Virus record (IMG/VR): IMGVR_UViG_648276647_000019
Location: 1-45,585 of that record
Length of the DNA stretch: 45,585 nucleotides
Strand: one strand, 5' to 3'
From: a virus
Taxonomy: Duplodnaviria > Heunggongvirae > Uroviricota > Caudoviricetes
In this document: positions 7,834 to 15,948 of the stretch, one piece after another
How positions within the stretch are numbered: the stretch's first letter is position 1
How the letters are laid out: every line of letters starts with the position of its first letter
Position numbers and translations under genes: made by a program
The notes under the pieces: model-generated
Told to the model about the DNA's origin: nothing
The model's database searches: none
What the model saw: the letters and a program-made list of their open reading frames with translations, nothing else

Positions 7834-8717
7834 GTATGGAGCTGATGGTTAAGATGATCATGAGCAAACCAGTAATGATTGATTCTGATAATTCTGGGCG
7901 TTATATTGTTCTGGCAGCGGCAAAATCCGTTGCCGGGATTGGCGTCCTGAAATTGATTACTGAGCATAACCGCGCTCATGCGGTTTTTTCGTGTCATGAG
8001 CATTGCTACGCCCAAATTATGGTGGGGCGTACAGGGCCGACTTCGGTCGGGCCGGGTTCGGTAGTCTCCGGTAACGCCAACCCTGTACGTCTCACCACCT
8101 CTGTGATTGGCGTCCCATGTGGTGAGTTTTCTGAAAAACTGACTACCGGGGCTGTCACCATGACTACTCTCCCAACCCTCACTCAACCTGAAATTGCCAT
8201 CGTTGATGGTCAGGCTGTTACATCTTCTTTGGCTGTTGCTGACTTCTTCTCTAAACGTCATGACGATGTACTGAAAAAGATCCGCATTTTGGATTGTTCT
8301 CCAGAGTTTTGTGCCCGCAATTTTGCGGAGACATCAATTTTGGTACACCAGCCCAACGGCGGTACTCGCAAACTTCCTTGCTACCACATCACCCGCGACG
8401 GCTTCGCGTTCCTGGCAATGGGCTTCACTGGCAAACGTGCAACCCAGTTCAAGGAGGCATACATCAATGCCTTTAACCAGATGGAAAAGGCGCTGATCGG
8501 AAAGGTTGATAATTCATGTGTCGCGCACAATGCCCATGTTGTTTACCTCTACATGGCTGAAATTCACCGCGTCTGGTTAGAACAACTTTATCCGATGCTG
8601 GTTTCAGCTCAGTCGCCGCTGGCTTCATCACTCTACGACTACATCAACGATGGTGTATTCGTTGCCGGGCTGGTGGACTCGGAACTGAACGAAAAGCATA
8701 AGGAGGTGCGTAAGTGA
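7830..8717 (+). CDS. Rha-family phage regulatory/antirepressor protein (295 aa; Rha domain from internal Met at 8160)
   Basis: Strong RBS GGAGGTG before ATG 7830, overlapping the upstream stop; Rha-like core plus a C-terminal domain shared with copy 2. Confidence 0.7.
   Translation: MSMELMVKMIMSKPVMIDSDNSGRYIVLAAAKSVAGIGVLKLITEHNRAHAVFSCHEHCYAQIMVGRTGPTSVGPGSVVSGNANPVRLTTSVIGVPCGEFSEKLTTGAVTMTTLPTLTQPEIAIVDGQAVTSSLAVADFFSKRHDDVLKKIRILDCSPEFCARNFAETSILVHQPNGGTRKLPCYHITRDGFAFLAMGFTGKRATQFKEAYINAFNQMEKALIGKVDNSCVAHNAHVVYLYMAEIHRVWLEQLYPMLVSAQSPLASSLYDYINDGVFVAGLVDSELNEKHKEVRK
7880..8159 (+). repeat. Structured repeat unit 3 (near-identical to unit 1)
   Basis: Terminator-like hairpin about 7966-7992; the UUCG hairpin carries a compensatory pair change relative to unit 1 (CAAC/GUUG to CGAC/GUCG). 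Confidence 0.6.
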
Positions 8718-9655
8718 GCACTAAATTAACCGGCTATGTATGGGATGGTTGCGCTGCGTCAGGCATGAAGTTATCCAGCGTGGCAATTATGGCCCGCCTG
8801 GCTGATTTCAGTAATGACGAAGGTGTGTGCTGGCCATCAATTGAAACCATTGCCCGTCAGATTGGCGCGGGGATGAGTACCGTCAGAACGGCTATCGCAC
8901 GGCTGGAAGCAGAAGGCTGGTTAACGCGTAAGGCGCGTCGCCAGGGTAACCGCAATGCGTCGAATGTTTATCAGCTTAACGTTGCGAAGCTTCAGGCAGC
9001 GGCATTTTCTCAACTGTCAGATTCTGACCCGTCAAAATCTGACGCATCAAAATCTGACCCGTCAAAATTTGATGCGTCGAAATCTGGCAAAAAAGCGGGT
9101 TTTCACCCGTCAGAATCTGGCGGGGATCCGTCAGTAAAATCAAAACATGATCCGTCAGATAAAAAACCTTCTCGTCCGGACGCTTCGCAACCGGACACGC
9201 AGACGGATGAACAGGATTTTTTAACTCGCCATCCTGATGCGGTTGTATTCAGCCCTAAAAAGCGCCAGTGGGGGACGCAGGATGATTTGACCTGCGCACA
9301 GTGGCTCTGGAAAAAAATCATCGCCCTGTACGAGCAGGCCGCCGAATGTGACGGCGAGGTGGTTCGTCCCAAAGAACCTAACTGGACAGCCTGGGCAAAC
9401 GAAATTCGCCTGATGTGTGTGCAGGATGGTCGTACTCACAAACAAATCTGCGAGATGTACAGCCGCGTCAGCCGCGATCCGTTCTGGTGCCGTAACGTGC
9501 TCAGCCCGTCGAAGTTGCGGGAAAAATGGGATGAGCTTTCCCTGCGCTTATCGCCGTCCGTCAGCACGCACACAGAAAAACGTGAAGACCCGTACTTCAA
9601 AGCCAGTTACGACAACGTGGACTACAGCCAGATCCCGGCAGGATTCAGGGGGTGA
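8714..9655 (+). CDS. Replication initiator protein (O-like, winged-HTH N-terminus) with internal iteron origin
   Basis: N-terminal HTH-like segment typical of phage replication initiators; direct DNA repeats embedded in the gene. Confidence 0.7.
   Translation: MSTKLTGYVWDGCAASGMKLSSVAIMARLADFSNDEGVCWPSIETIARQIGAGMSTVRTAIARLEAEGWLTRKARRQGNRNASNVYQLNVAKLQAAAFSQLSDSDPSKSDASKSDPSKFDASKSGKKAGFHPSESGGDPSVKSKHDPSDKKPSRPDASQPDTQTDEQDFLTRHPDAVVFSPKKRQWGTQDDLTCAQWLWKKIIALYEQAAECDGEVVRPKEPNWTAWANEIRLMCVQDGRTHKQICEMYSRVSRDPFWCRNVLSPSKLREKWDELSLRLSPSVSTHTEKREDPYFKASYDNVDYSQIPAGFRG
9015..9170. repeat. Candidate phage replication origin: 15-bp iterons (TCTGACCCGTCAAAA-like, at least four direct copies plus inverted copies) followed by an A-rich tract
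   Basis: Direct repeats read off the sequence at 9021-9080 with related CCGTCAGA motifs to about 9160; an origin inside the initiator gene is the lambda O/ori arrangement. Confidence 0.55.
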
Positions 9656-9657
9656 TC

Positions 9658-10146
9658 ATGAGTCTGTTAAATGACGTTCAGAAATTCATTGAAGCCCATC
9701 CGGGGTGCACTTCCGGAGACATTGCGGATGCTTTTGCTGGTTACTCACGGCAGCGCGTTCTGCAGTCAGCAAGCAAGTTACGTCAGAGTGGGCGTGTGGC
9801 TCACCGTTGTGAAGGAGATACACGCAGACATTTCCCGCGCCTGACTGAGAGAGCGCAGGAGCCGGAACCACAACCAGTTCGAGAAACCAGACCTGTGCGC
9901 AATTTCTATGTCGGCACTAACGATCCCCGGGTGATTTTGTGCCTGACCCGCCAGGCTGAAGAACTGGAGTCAAGGGGCTTATACCGTCGTGCTGCAACCG
10001 TGTGGATGGCGGCATTCCGTGAAAGCCACTCCCAGCCAGAACGAAACAATTTTCTGACGCGTCGTGAGCGGTGCTTACGGAAAAGCAGCAAGCGCGCTGC
10101 ATCGGGTGAAGAGTGGTATCTGTCAGGGAATTACGTGGGGGCTTAA
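9658..10146 (+). CDS. Hypothetical regulator, possibly PerC-family transcriptional activator-like (162 aa)
   Basis: ATG at 9658 after GGGGGTG; motif ESRGLYRRAATVWMAAF resembles the PerC/Pch core as I recall it. Confidence 0.4.
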   Translation: MSLLNDVQKFIEAHPGCTSGDIADAFAGYSRQRVLQSASKLRQSGRVAHRCEGDTRRHFPRLTERAQEPEPQPVRETRPVRNFYVGTNDPRVILCLTRQAEELESRGLYRRAATVWMAAFRESHSQPERNNFLTRRERCLRKSSKRAASGEEWYLSGNYVGA

Positions 10147-10799
10147 TGAGTAATAAATATTGCCAGGCGCTGGTGGAACTGCGGAACAAACCAGCCCATG
10201 AACTGAAGGAAGTGGGCGATCAGTGGCGCACGCCGGACAACATTTTCTGGGGAATTAACACCCTGTTTGGCCCGTTTGTTCTGGATCTGTTTACTGACGG
10301 TGATAACGCCAAATGTGCCGCGTATTACACGGCGGAAGATAACGCGCTGGCGCATGACTGGTCAGAACGTCTTGCGGAGCTTAAAGGTGCTGCCTTTGGT
10401 AATCCCCCATACAGCCGCGCCAGTCAGCATGAGGGGCAATACATCACCGGCATGCGTTACATCATGAAGCATGCCAGTGCCATGCGTGATAAAGGCGGGC
10501 GCTATGTTTTCCTGATCAAAGCTGCCACCAGCGAAGTGTGGTGGCCGGAAGATGCAGATCATATTGCTTTTATTCGCGGGCGTATTGGTTTTGAACTGCC
10601 TGTCTGGTTTATCCCGAAAGACGAGAAGCAGGTGCCGACAGGAGCTTTCTTCGCTGGTGCTATTGCTGTTTTCGATAAGACCTGGAAGGGACCGGCAATC
10701 AGCTACATCGGGCGCGATGAACTTGAGGCATGTGGTGAGGCGTTTCTGGTGCAGGTTCGCCAGCAGGCGGAAAAACTGGTCAGGGAGATGGCGGCATGA
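10146..10799 (+). CDS. Phage DNA N6-adenine methyltransferase (Dam-like)
   Basis: NPPY catalytic motif (GNPPYSR); ATG overlaps upstream stop (TAATG). Confidence 0.8.
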   Translation: MSNKYCQALVELRNKPAHELKEVGDQWRTPDNIFWGINTLFGPFVLDLFTDGDNAKCAAYYTAEDNALAHDWSERLAELKGAAFGNPPYSRASQHEGQYITGMRYIMKHASAMRDKGGRYVFLIKAATSEVWWPEDADHIAFIRGRIGFELPVWFIPKDEKQVPTGAFFAGAIAVFDKTWKGPAISYIGRDELEACGEAFLVQVRQQAEKLVREMAA

Positions 10800-11122
10800 T
10801 GACATTAACTCAATGCCAGCAGCAGGTGCTGGATATGCTGATTTCTTATCAGAAAGAACGTGGCTTCCCGCCAACCAATCAGGAGGTGGCAACCATGCTG
10901 GGATACCGTTCGGTGAATGCAGCGGTGGAGCATCTTCGCGCACTGGAGAAAAAAGGCGTCATCACGATAAAGCGTGGCGTGGCCCGGGGGATAACGCTTC
11001 ATACCGCGGTGAAGGACGACGACAGCGAGGCGGTCGGGATTATCCGCTCACTGCTTGCCGGTGAGGAAAACGCCAGGCTGCGTGCAACCCACTGGTTACA
11101 TGAGAGGGGCCTTAAGGTATGA
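10796..11122 (+). CDS. LexA N-terminal DNA-binding-domain-only protein (108 aa; no S24 peptidase domain)
   Basis: Translation aligns by eye with the LexA winged-HTH domain (QQQVLDML...PPT.QEVA..LGYRS.NAA.EHL.AL..KGVI); the ORF ends before any peptidase domain. Confidence 0.7.
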   Translation: MMTLTQCQQQVLDMLISYQKERGFPPTNQEVATMLGYRSVNAAVEHLRALEKKGVITIKRGVARGITLHTAVKDDDSEAVGIIRSLLAGEENARLRATHWLHERGLKV

Positions 11123-11490
11123 AGCTGATCCTGCCTTTCCCGCCCAGCGTGAACACGTACTGGCGACACCCCAACAAAGGGGCGTTTGCAGGTAAGAGCC
11201 TGATAAGCGCGGCGTGTGCAGCAATAGTTGAGCAGTTACGTCGTCTGCCAAAACCAACGTCGGCACCAGCTTCAGTGGAGATCGTGTTGTTTCCTCCGGA
11301 TAACCGGATCCGCGATCTGGACAACTATAACAAGGCGCTGTTTGACGCCCTGACCCACGCGGGTGTGTGGGAAGACGACAGTCAGGTGAAAAGAATGCTG
11401 GTGGAGTGGGGACCGGTTATCCCGGAAGGGAAGGTCGAGATCACTATCAGTAAGTACGAAAAAGCGAGTTGCAAATTAGCAACTCGGTAA
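11119..11490 (+). CDS. rusA: Holliday junction resolvase RusA
   Basis: Characteristic RusA core (DLDNYNKALFDALTHAGVWEDDSQV). Confidence 0.9.
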   Translation: MKLILPFPPSVNTYWRHPNKGAFAGKSLISAACAAIVEQLRRLPKPTSAPASVEIVLFPPDNRIRDLDNYNKALFDALTHAGVWEDDSQVKRMLVEWGPVIPEGKVEITISKYEKASCKLATR

Positions 11491-11536
11491 CTGAATTGAG
11501 CAACACCCTAAATTGGGGTATTACCTCGTTAAAGAT

Positions 11537-11558
11537 ACTGTATTTATGAACAGTGTAT
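11537..11558. promoter_or_regulatory. LexA (SOS) box upstream of the KilA-N antirepressor-like gene
   Basis: TACTGTATTTATGAACAGTGTA matches the CTG-N10-CAG SOS-box pattern; about 85 nt upstream of the ATG at 11642. Confidence 0.6.
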
Positions 11559-11641
11559 CCTTGATAACTATTAAAAATCGCAGTAAGTTCATCTTGCATC
11601 AACGAAAAGGGAGTGCAGTCCCGAAATTTGTGGAGAAACCA

Positions 11642-12457
11642 ATGAATCAGTTGCTTGTAATTGATGGCGTTTCTGTGCGCCAGTACTTTGAATCTAACTA
11701 CTGTCTTAACGACCTTCAGAAAGCTGCTCTTCTTGCCGCTGGTGAGAATCGCTCCCCCCGTTCGCTGGAAGTTCACGAGTTTATGCGTCGTCCTGAAACG
11801 AAGGCTCTTGTGGAATTACTGGAAGAAGAAACTACGGGAGATTCCCGTAGTATTCCTGTCATCACCATTCAGGGGCGCAATGGTGGGACGTATGTCTGTA
11901 AAGAGCTGGTCTATGCATATGCAATGTGGATCAGCCCGGCATTCAGCTTAAAAGTGATACGTACTTTTGATGCGCTTCATAGTTCATCACCAGAAGAAAC
12001 CACATCCGATAAAATTAAATCCGGGGTCATTCTGCTTGAATCAGCAGCAAAGACTCTAAATCTGTCAAACTCCTCGAAACTTGGTGCATACCAGAAATTA
12101 TCAAAGGTAGCTGGTCTTCCTGAACTTATGCCGATCTATGCCATTGATGCCCCTGCTGATGCGCCAGATGGTTCAAGCCGCCCTACGCTGTCGCTGAGTG
12201 CACTGCTGAAACAGTATGGTATCCGCCTGACGGCTAATCAGGCATATCACCAGATGGCGAAGCTGGGGATCGTTGAACAACGTGAACGATACAGCCGTAC
12301 CGCGATTAACAACATCAAAAAATTCTGGTCGCTGACGGCGAAAGGCTGCATGTTCGGCAAGAACATCACCAGTCCTGCAAATCCGCGCGAGACGCAGCCG
12401 CACTTCTTCGAATCCCGATTCCCTGAGCTGTTAAAGCTGCTCGATACTGTTCACTGA
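11642..12457 (+). CDS. KilA-N domain protein, putative SOS-controlled antirepressor (271 aa from ATG 11642)
   Basis: KilA-N-like N-terminal motif (TYVCKELVYAYAMWISPAFSLKVI); GGAGAAA RBS; the ORF-track start at 11513 would include the LexA box. Confidence 0.7.
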   Translation: MNQLLVIDGVSVRQYFESNYCLNDLQKAALLAAGENRSPRSLEVHEFMRRPETKALVELLEEETTGDSRSIPVITIQGRNGGTYVCKELVYAYAMWISPAFSLKVIRTFDALHSSSPEETTSDKIKSGVILLESAAKTLNLSNSSKLGAYQKLSKVAGLPELMPIYAIDAPADAPDGSSRPTLSLSALLKQYGIRLTANQAYHQMAKLGIVEQRERYSRTAINNIKKFWSLTAKGCMFGKNITSPANPRETQPHFFESRFPELLKLLDTVH

Positions 12458-12472
12458 TGGGAGGTGTGGAGC

Positions 12473-12988
12473 ATGAGAATTACACCACCTCATCTGCAGT
12501 CTGTTTTATCCAGGGTTAAACGCTTTGTTGAACGAATGCCGGAAGGCGCAACACTGACCCAGATATCAAAGAAAGTGCAGGCGTACAGTCTGCTGAATAA
12601 AAGGGATAAGGAGATACTCATTGGCATTATCCGCGACAGTGGACTTCTGGTCGTTGCGAATGATGGAAGAACTACAACGCTACATCATCCTAAATTTGGA
12701 CATCAGGCAGTAAATAGTGAAATACCAGTAAAAACAGAGGAACCCGTTGTGATTAAAAAGACCGTTACTCCGGACGAATTGCGCAGGCACGCTGAGGAGC
12801 TGATCAGAGCTGCGGAAGAAGCAGAGAAGAAATTTAATGATCGTGCGGAAATTAAAAAGCAACTGGATCCTCTGAAACTGGAAATCCTCCAAGCGTATGG
12901 AATGGCAAGTCGTAAATTTGATGAGTTTGTTGATGCTATGGCGGATATGGGGAAAGCGGTACAGAAACTGAAACAGATTGCGCTGTGA
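12473..12988 (+). CDS. Hypothetical phage protein (171 aa)
   Basis: ATG at 12473 after GGGAGGTG; coiled-coil-like Glu/Lys-rich C-terminus. Confidence 0.5.
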   Translation: MRITPPHLQSVLSRVKRFVERMPEGATLTQISKKVQAYSLLNKRDKEILIGIIRDSGLLVVANDGRTTTLHHPKFGHQAVNSEIPVKTEEPVVIKKTVTPDELRRHAEELIRAAEEAEKKFNDRAEIKKQLDPLKLEILQAYGMASRKFDEFVDAMADMGKAVQKLKQIAL

Positions 12989-12997
12989 GGTTCTACG

Positions 12998-13987
12998 TTG
13001 AGAGCACTACTGACCCCTGAAATTGCCCCACGTATGGGGATCGTATTGTTCAGACCAGGTTCAGAGCTGATGCCCCTGTTTATGCAGGGGCGTGTCCTGC
13101 TGGAGCCTGAGCCGGAACGTTATTCATCTTTCGCCAGTGGTGCCGTTCCGGCGGCATCACAACCGCTGGCGGATGATCCTGTCGTTCGGGCCGTGTTCCG
13201 CAATGAGGCAGTGATCCGTCGTGCTGGTGGGGTGGAATGTCTTGAAAGCTGGTTACTTCGTGAAAAAGGCTGCCAGTGGCCCCATTCCGACTGGCACAGC
13301 GAGAACATGACCACAATGCGACACGCGCCGGGCGCAATCCGTCTGTGCTGGCACTGCGATAACCAGTTGCGCGATCAGTTCACGGAACGGCTGGAATCAA
13401 TGGCAACGGATAACTGTGCCCGCTGGGTGTTATCTGTTGTGCGTCGGGATCTCGGTTTTGATGATAGTCACGTTGTGACAATGCCGGAACTGTGCTGGTG
13501 GCTGATTCGTAATGACCTGGCGGATGCCTTACCGGAAAGTGCAGCCCGTAAGGCACTGAGATTACCGAAGCCTGTTGTGCCGTCTGTCACCCGGGAAAGT
13601 GACCTTGTGCCTTCGGTTCCTGCCACCAGCATCATCCAGGATAAGGCGAAAAAGGTGCTGGCGCTGAAAGTGGATCCGGAGTCGCCGGAGTCTTTTATGT
13701 TACGCCCAAAACGTCGCCGCTGGGTTAATGAAAAGTACACGCGCTGGGTTAAGACACAGCCGTGTGCATGTTGTGGAAAGCCCGCTGATGATCCCCACCA
13801 CCTGACAGGTCACGGTCAGGGTGGAATGGGAACAAAAGCGCATGACCTCTTTGTGTTGCCTTTGTGCAGAAACCATCACGACGAGCTACATGGGGATACC
13901 GTGGCATTTGAAGAGAAGTATGGCTCCCAGCTGGAGCTGATATTTCGTTTTATCGATCGCGCGCTGGCGATTGGTGTGCTAGCCTGA
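12998..13987 (+). CDS. DUF968-like protein with C-terminal Cys/His (HNH-like) motif
   Basis: C-terminus CACCGKPADDPHHL...CRNHHDELHG; start codon uncertain (TTG 12998 with GAGG, or ATG 13034/13070). Confidence 0.5.
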   Translation: MRALLTPEIAPRMGIVLFRPGSELMPLFMQGRVLLEPEPERYSSFASGAVPAASQPLADDPVVRAVFRNEAVIRRAGGVECLESWLLREKGCQWPHSDWHSENMTTMRHAPGAIRLCWHCDNQLRDQFTERLESMATDNCARWVLSVVRRDLGFDDSHVVTMPELCWWLIRNDLADALPESAARKALRLPKPVVPSVTRESDLVPSVPATSIIQDKAKKVLALKVDPESPESFMLRPKRRRWVNEKYTRWVKTQPCACCGKPADDPHHLTGHGQGGMGTKAHDLFVLPLCRNHHDELHGDTVAFEEKYGSQLELIFRFIDRALAIGVLA

Positions 13988-14004
13988 TTTTGTGGAGAAA
14001 ATTA

Positions 14005-14370
14005 ATGCGAGATATTCAGATGGTTCTTGAACGCTGGGGCGCGTGGGCGGCAAGTGATAGCTCTGGCGTTGACTATTCACATATAGCAGCTGGTTTTAAG
14101 GGACTTATCCCGCAGACGGGTAAAACACGAATTTCTTGTACAGATGATGATGCTCTTATCATTGAGGGCTGCCTCGCTCTCCTTAAGAAGAAAAAACCGT
14201 ACGAGCATTCTCTAATTGTGGCTCATTACCTGTATGGCATCTCGAAACGGAAGATCGCAAAGGCTCGTAAAAAAGATGAGAAATTAATACGTATCGAGAT
14301 ACAGATGGCTGAAGGGTTTATTGATGGCTGTCTTTCTATGTTGGGCGTGAAGCTTGAAATGGATAGCTAG
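14005..14370 (+). CDS. Q: Late-gene antiterminator Q
   Basis: Small basic protein in the canonical position between nin-region genes and the lysis cassette; ATG 14005 after GGAGAAA (ORF-track start at 13990 is TTG). Family call by position and resemblance. Confidence 0.65.
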   Translation: MRDIQMVLERWGAWAASDSSGVDYSHIAAGFKGLIPQTGKTRISCTDDDALIIEGCLALLKKKKPYEHSLIVAHYLYGISKRKIAKARKKDEKLIRIEIQMAEGFIDGCLSMLGVKLEMDS

Positions 14371-14406
14371 CATCGCACACGTTGGCCCCACTTGGGGGCC
14401 AAACCA

Positions 14407-14856
14407 TCACAAGTGAGGGAAGATTCTACGTAATATTGACCAGCACCTTCCGAAGGTATATAGCGAAATCATAAGGGAGGATAAGCCTAACAGTATGAAT
14501 AAGAAATCAATTGGCTGGCCCACAACAATAACATCATCTGGCAAAAACATAGCAATCAATGGGAATACGCATGCGACGATAAGTGTTATTCCTGTTGAAA
14601 GTAAGCGGTTTACTATTGTTGGCAATATGTTGTTTCGCTTAAGAGCATTGATAGCTCCTTCCTTATCGCTATCTGCGCTACTGAATATAGAAATTGCTGC
14701 CAGAACAAACCCAAACAGGATCCCTGAAATTGTCGAAAGCACACCTGCTGTTGTGAGAACGTCAGCATGTTTCATTGGCTTAAACAGTCTGGTTGCCACA
14801 TAGGTAAGTACAGCCAAGAGGACTGCCTTCCAGAGAATAGTCGCTAATTCTCTCAT
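14407..14856 (-). CDS. Small multi-pass membrane protein (about 149 aa, about four predicted TM helices), second gene of the inserted module
   Basis: Several long hydrophobic stretches; lower-GC region; 10-20 nt downstream of the 313-aa gene on the same strand; the two ATGs (14868, 14856) are ambiguous. Confidence 0.6.
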   Translation of the reverse strand: MRELATILWKAVLLAVLTYVATRLFKPMKHADVLTTAGVLSTISGILFGFVLAAISIFSSADSDKEGAINALKRNNILPTIVNRLLSTGITLIVACVFPLIAMFLPDDVIVVGQPIDFLFILLGLSSLMISLYTFGRCWSILRRIFPHL

Positions 14857-14877
14857 TGAATCCCCCATGTCGAGTTA

Positions 14878-15822
14878 TCAAGTTCTGTTAGCGAGTTCAT
14901 ACTGCGCTAAGTAGTTAGCGTTCTCAATTTTAGCAGATATCATCGCTGTTCTGATATCGGAATCAGATGGATAGCCACTTTTAACAACTATTGTTTTTGT
15001 ACCGATCAACACTTGATCAAGTAGGCTTTTCGGCGTTTTGTTTGTGGGTTCAGTGACATCAATTTTCTTGATTTTTAGTCCACCAGAACCTTTGGGAAAC
15101 AGCTCAATCAACTCCTTGATTGCGTCGGTGACTGAGGTTTTAAGATAGTTAAAACCAGCCTTTTTAGGGCGTAAACGACCTCGCATATTCAATCTTAGGT
15201 GCGATCCCCCCATCCCAACGACCATGTCAATGATGTCATTAGTCAAATCGTTCTTAATATTGTAATTAGCTTTATTGAAGTTTCTAGGCGCTGCAATCGT
15301 AAGGTCGAAACTGCGCAAGATATTGCCATCTTCGAGCAGTTCTTTCATGCTCTCATGCTTCCATATTGCTTCAAAAGTAACGTTGTTCATTTTGGTTTTG
15401 TTGTACAAAATAAACGCTAAATCATTAACTTTTGGTCCTAAATGGTTGAGAGTCATGGCTAATAAGTCTGTCTCGTAGTAATACATAAAGTATGTACGCT
15501 CTACGACAGAATCTTTATCGCTAAGGGGTATCGTACGTTCGCTGCCAGTTGTCCTGTCCTCAATAAACGGTAACAGGCAGTCCCTTCTCCAGGATACGTA
15601 GCCAAAGTAGCTCTTCTGTGTTGCGTCCTTTTCAAGTATGACGAGCTTTAAACCTCGATTTTGGGTTTCAGTTGTGTGCACCAAAGGGAAGGTGATCGGG
15701 GCGACTGCAGTAATTTGATCAAAAGCTAGCTTTGCTGTAGACGAACCATCTTTTTTGCTTCCATTACCAGTGAAAAAACCAACTCTAACTCGACGAGTTT
15801 TGTTCTTGTCTTGAGTGCTCAT
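14878..15822 (-). CDS. Hypothetical cytoplasmic protein (313 aa from ATG 15822), first gene of the inserted module; candidate defence protein
   Basis: Lys/Asn-rich, lower-GC ORF; the 415-aa ORF-track version reads through terminator hairpins and A-tracts, so the ATG at 15822 is preferred; no motif assigned. Confidence 0.6.
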   Translation of the reverse strand: MSTQDKNKTRRVRVGFFTGNGSKKDGSSTAKLAFDQITAVAPITFPLVHTTETQNRGLKLVILEKDATQKSYFGYVSWRRDCLLPFIEDRTTGSERTIPLSDKDSVVERTYFMYYYETDLLAMTLNHLGPKVNDLAFILYNKTKMNNVTFEAIWKHESMKELLEDGNILRSFDLTIAAPRNFNKANYNIKNDLTNDIIDMVVGMGGSHLRLNMRGRLRPKKAGFNYLKTSVTDAIKELIELFPKGSGGLKIKKIDVTEPTNKTPKSLLDQVLIGTKTIVVKSGYPSDSDIRTAMISAKIENANYLAQYELANRT

Positions 15823-15870
15823 TCTCGATCCGAAACAAAGTTTAACAACTGGATGAAAACTACAATAAAA

Positions 15871-15900
15871 ATTAGAGAAAATCACTAATGCGGTCCGCAA
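15871..15900 (-). promoter_or_regulatory. Candidate sigma70 promoter for the two-gene module (-35 TTGCGG, 18 nt, -10 TCTAAT on minus strand)
   Basis: Read from the reverse complement of 15871-15900; about 45 nt upstream of the ATG at 15822. Confidence 0.3.
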
Positions 15901-15948
15901 AAAATACTGTAATCTGTTAAGAATGGTCACTTCGCCACACAACTTAAA

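Noticed and set aside
5966-8160. Interpretation of the three structured units as group I introns, a diversity-generating retroelement, retron msr/msd, or IS/MITE copies
   Set aside because: Units are too short for group I/II introns and lack intron core elements; no reverse transcriptase gene anywhere in the window; no terminal inverted repeats, target-site duplications or transposase; each unit is tied to a downstream rha-like gene.
9015-9170. Direct repeats as a possible CRISPR array
   Set aside because: Repeats are only about 15 bp, contiguous without spacers, inside a coding gene, and followed by an A-rich tract; this fits replication-origin iterons.
14407-15822. Naming the two-gene module as Kiwa (KwaA/KwaB)
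   Set aside because: Only the general architecture (soluble protein of about 310 aa plus small 4-TM protein) resembles Kiwa; gene order is reversed relative to what I recall and I cannot verify sequence similarity, so it is left unassigned.
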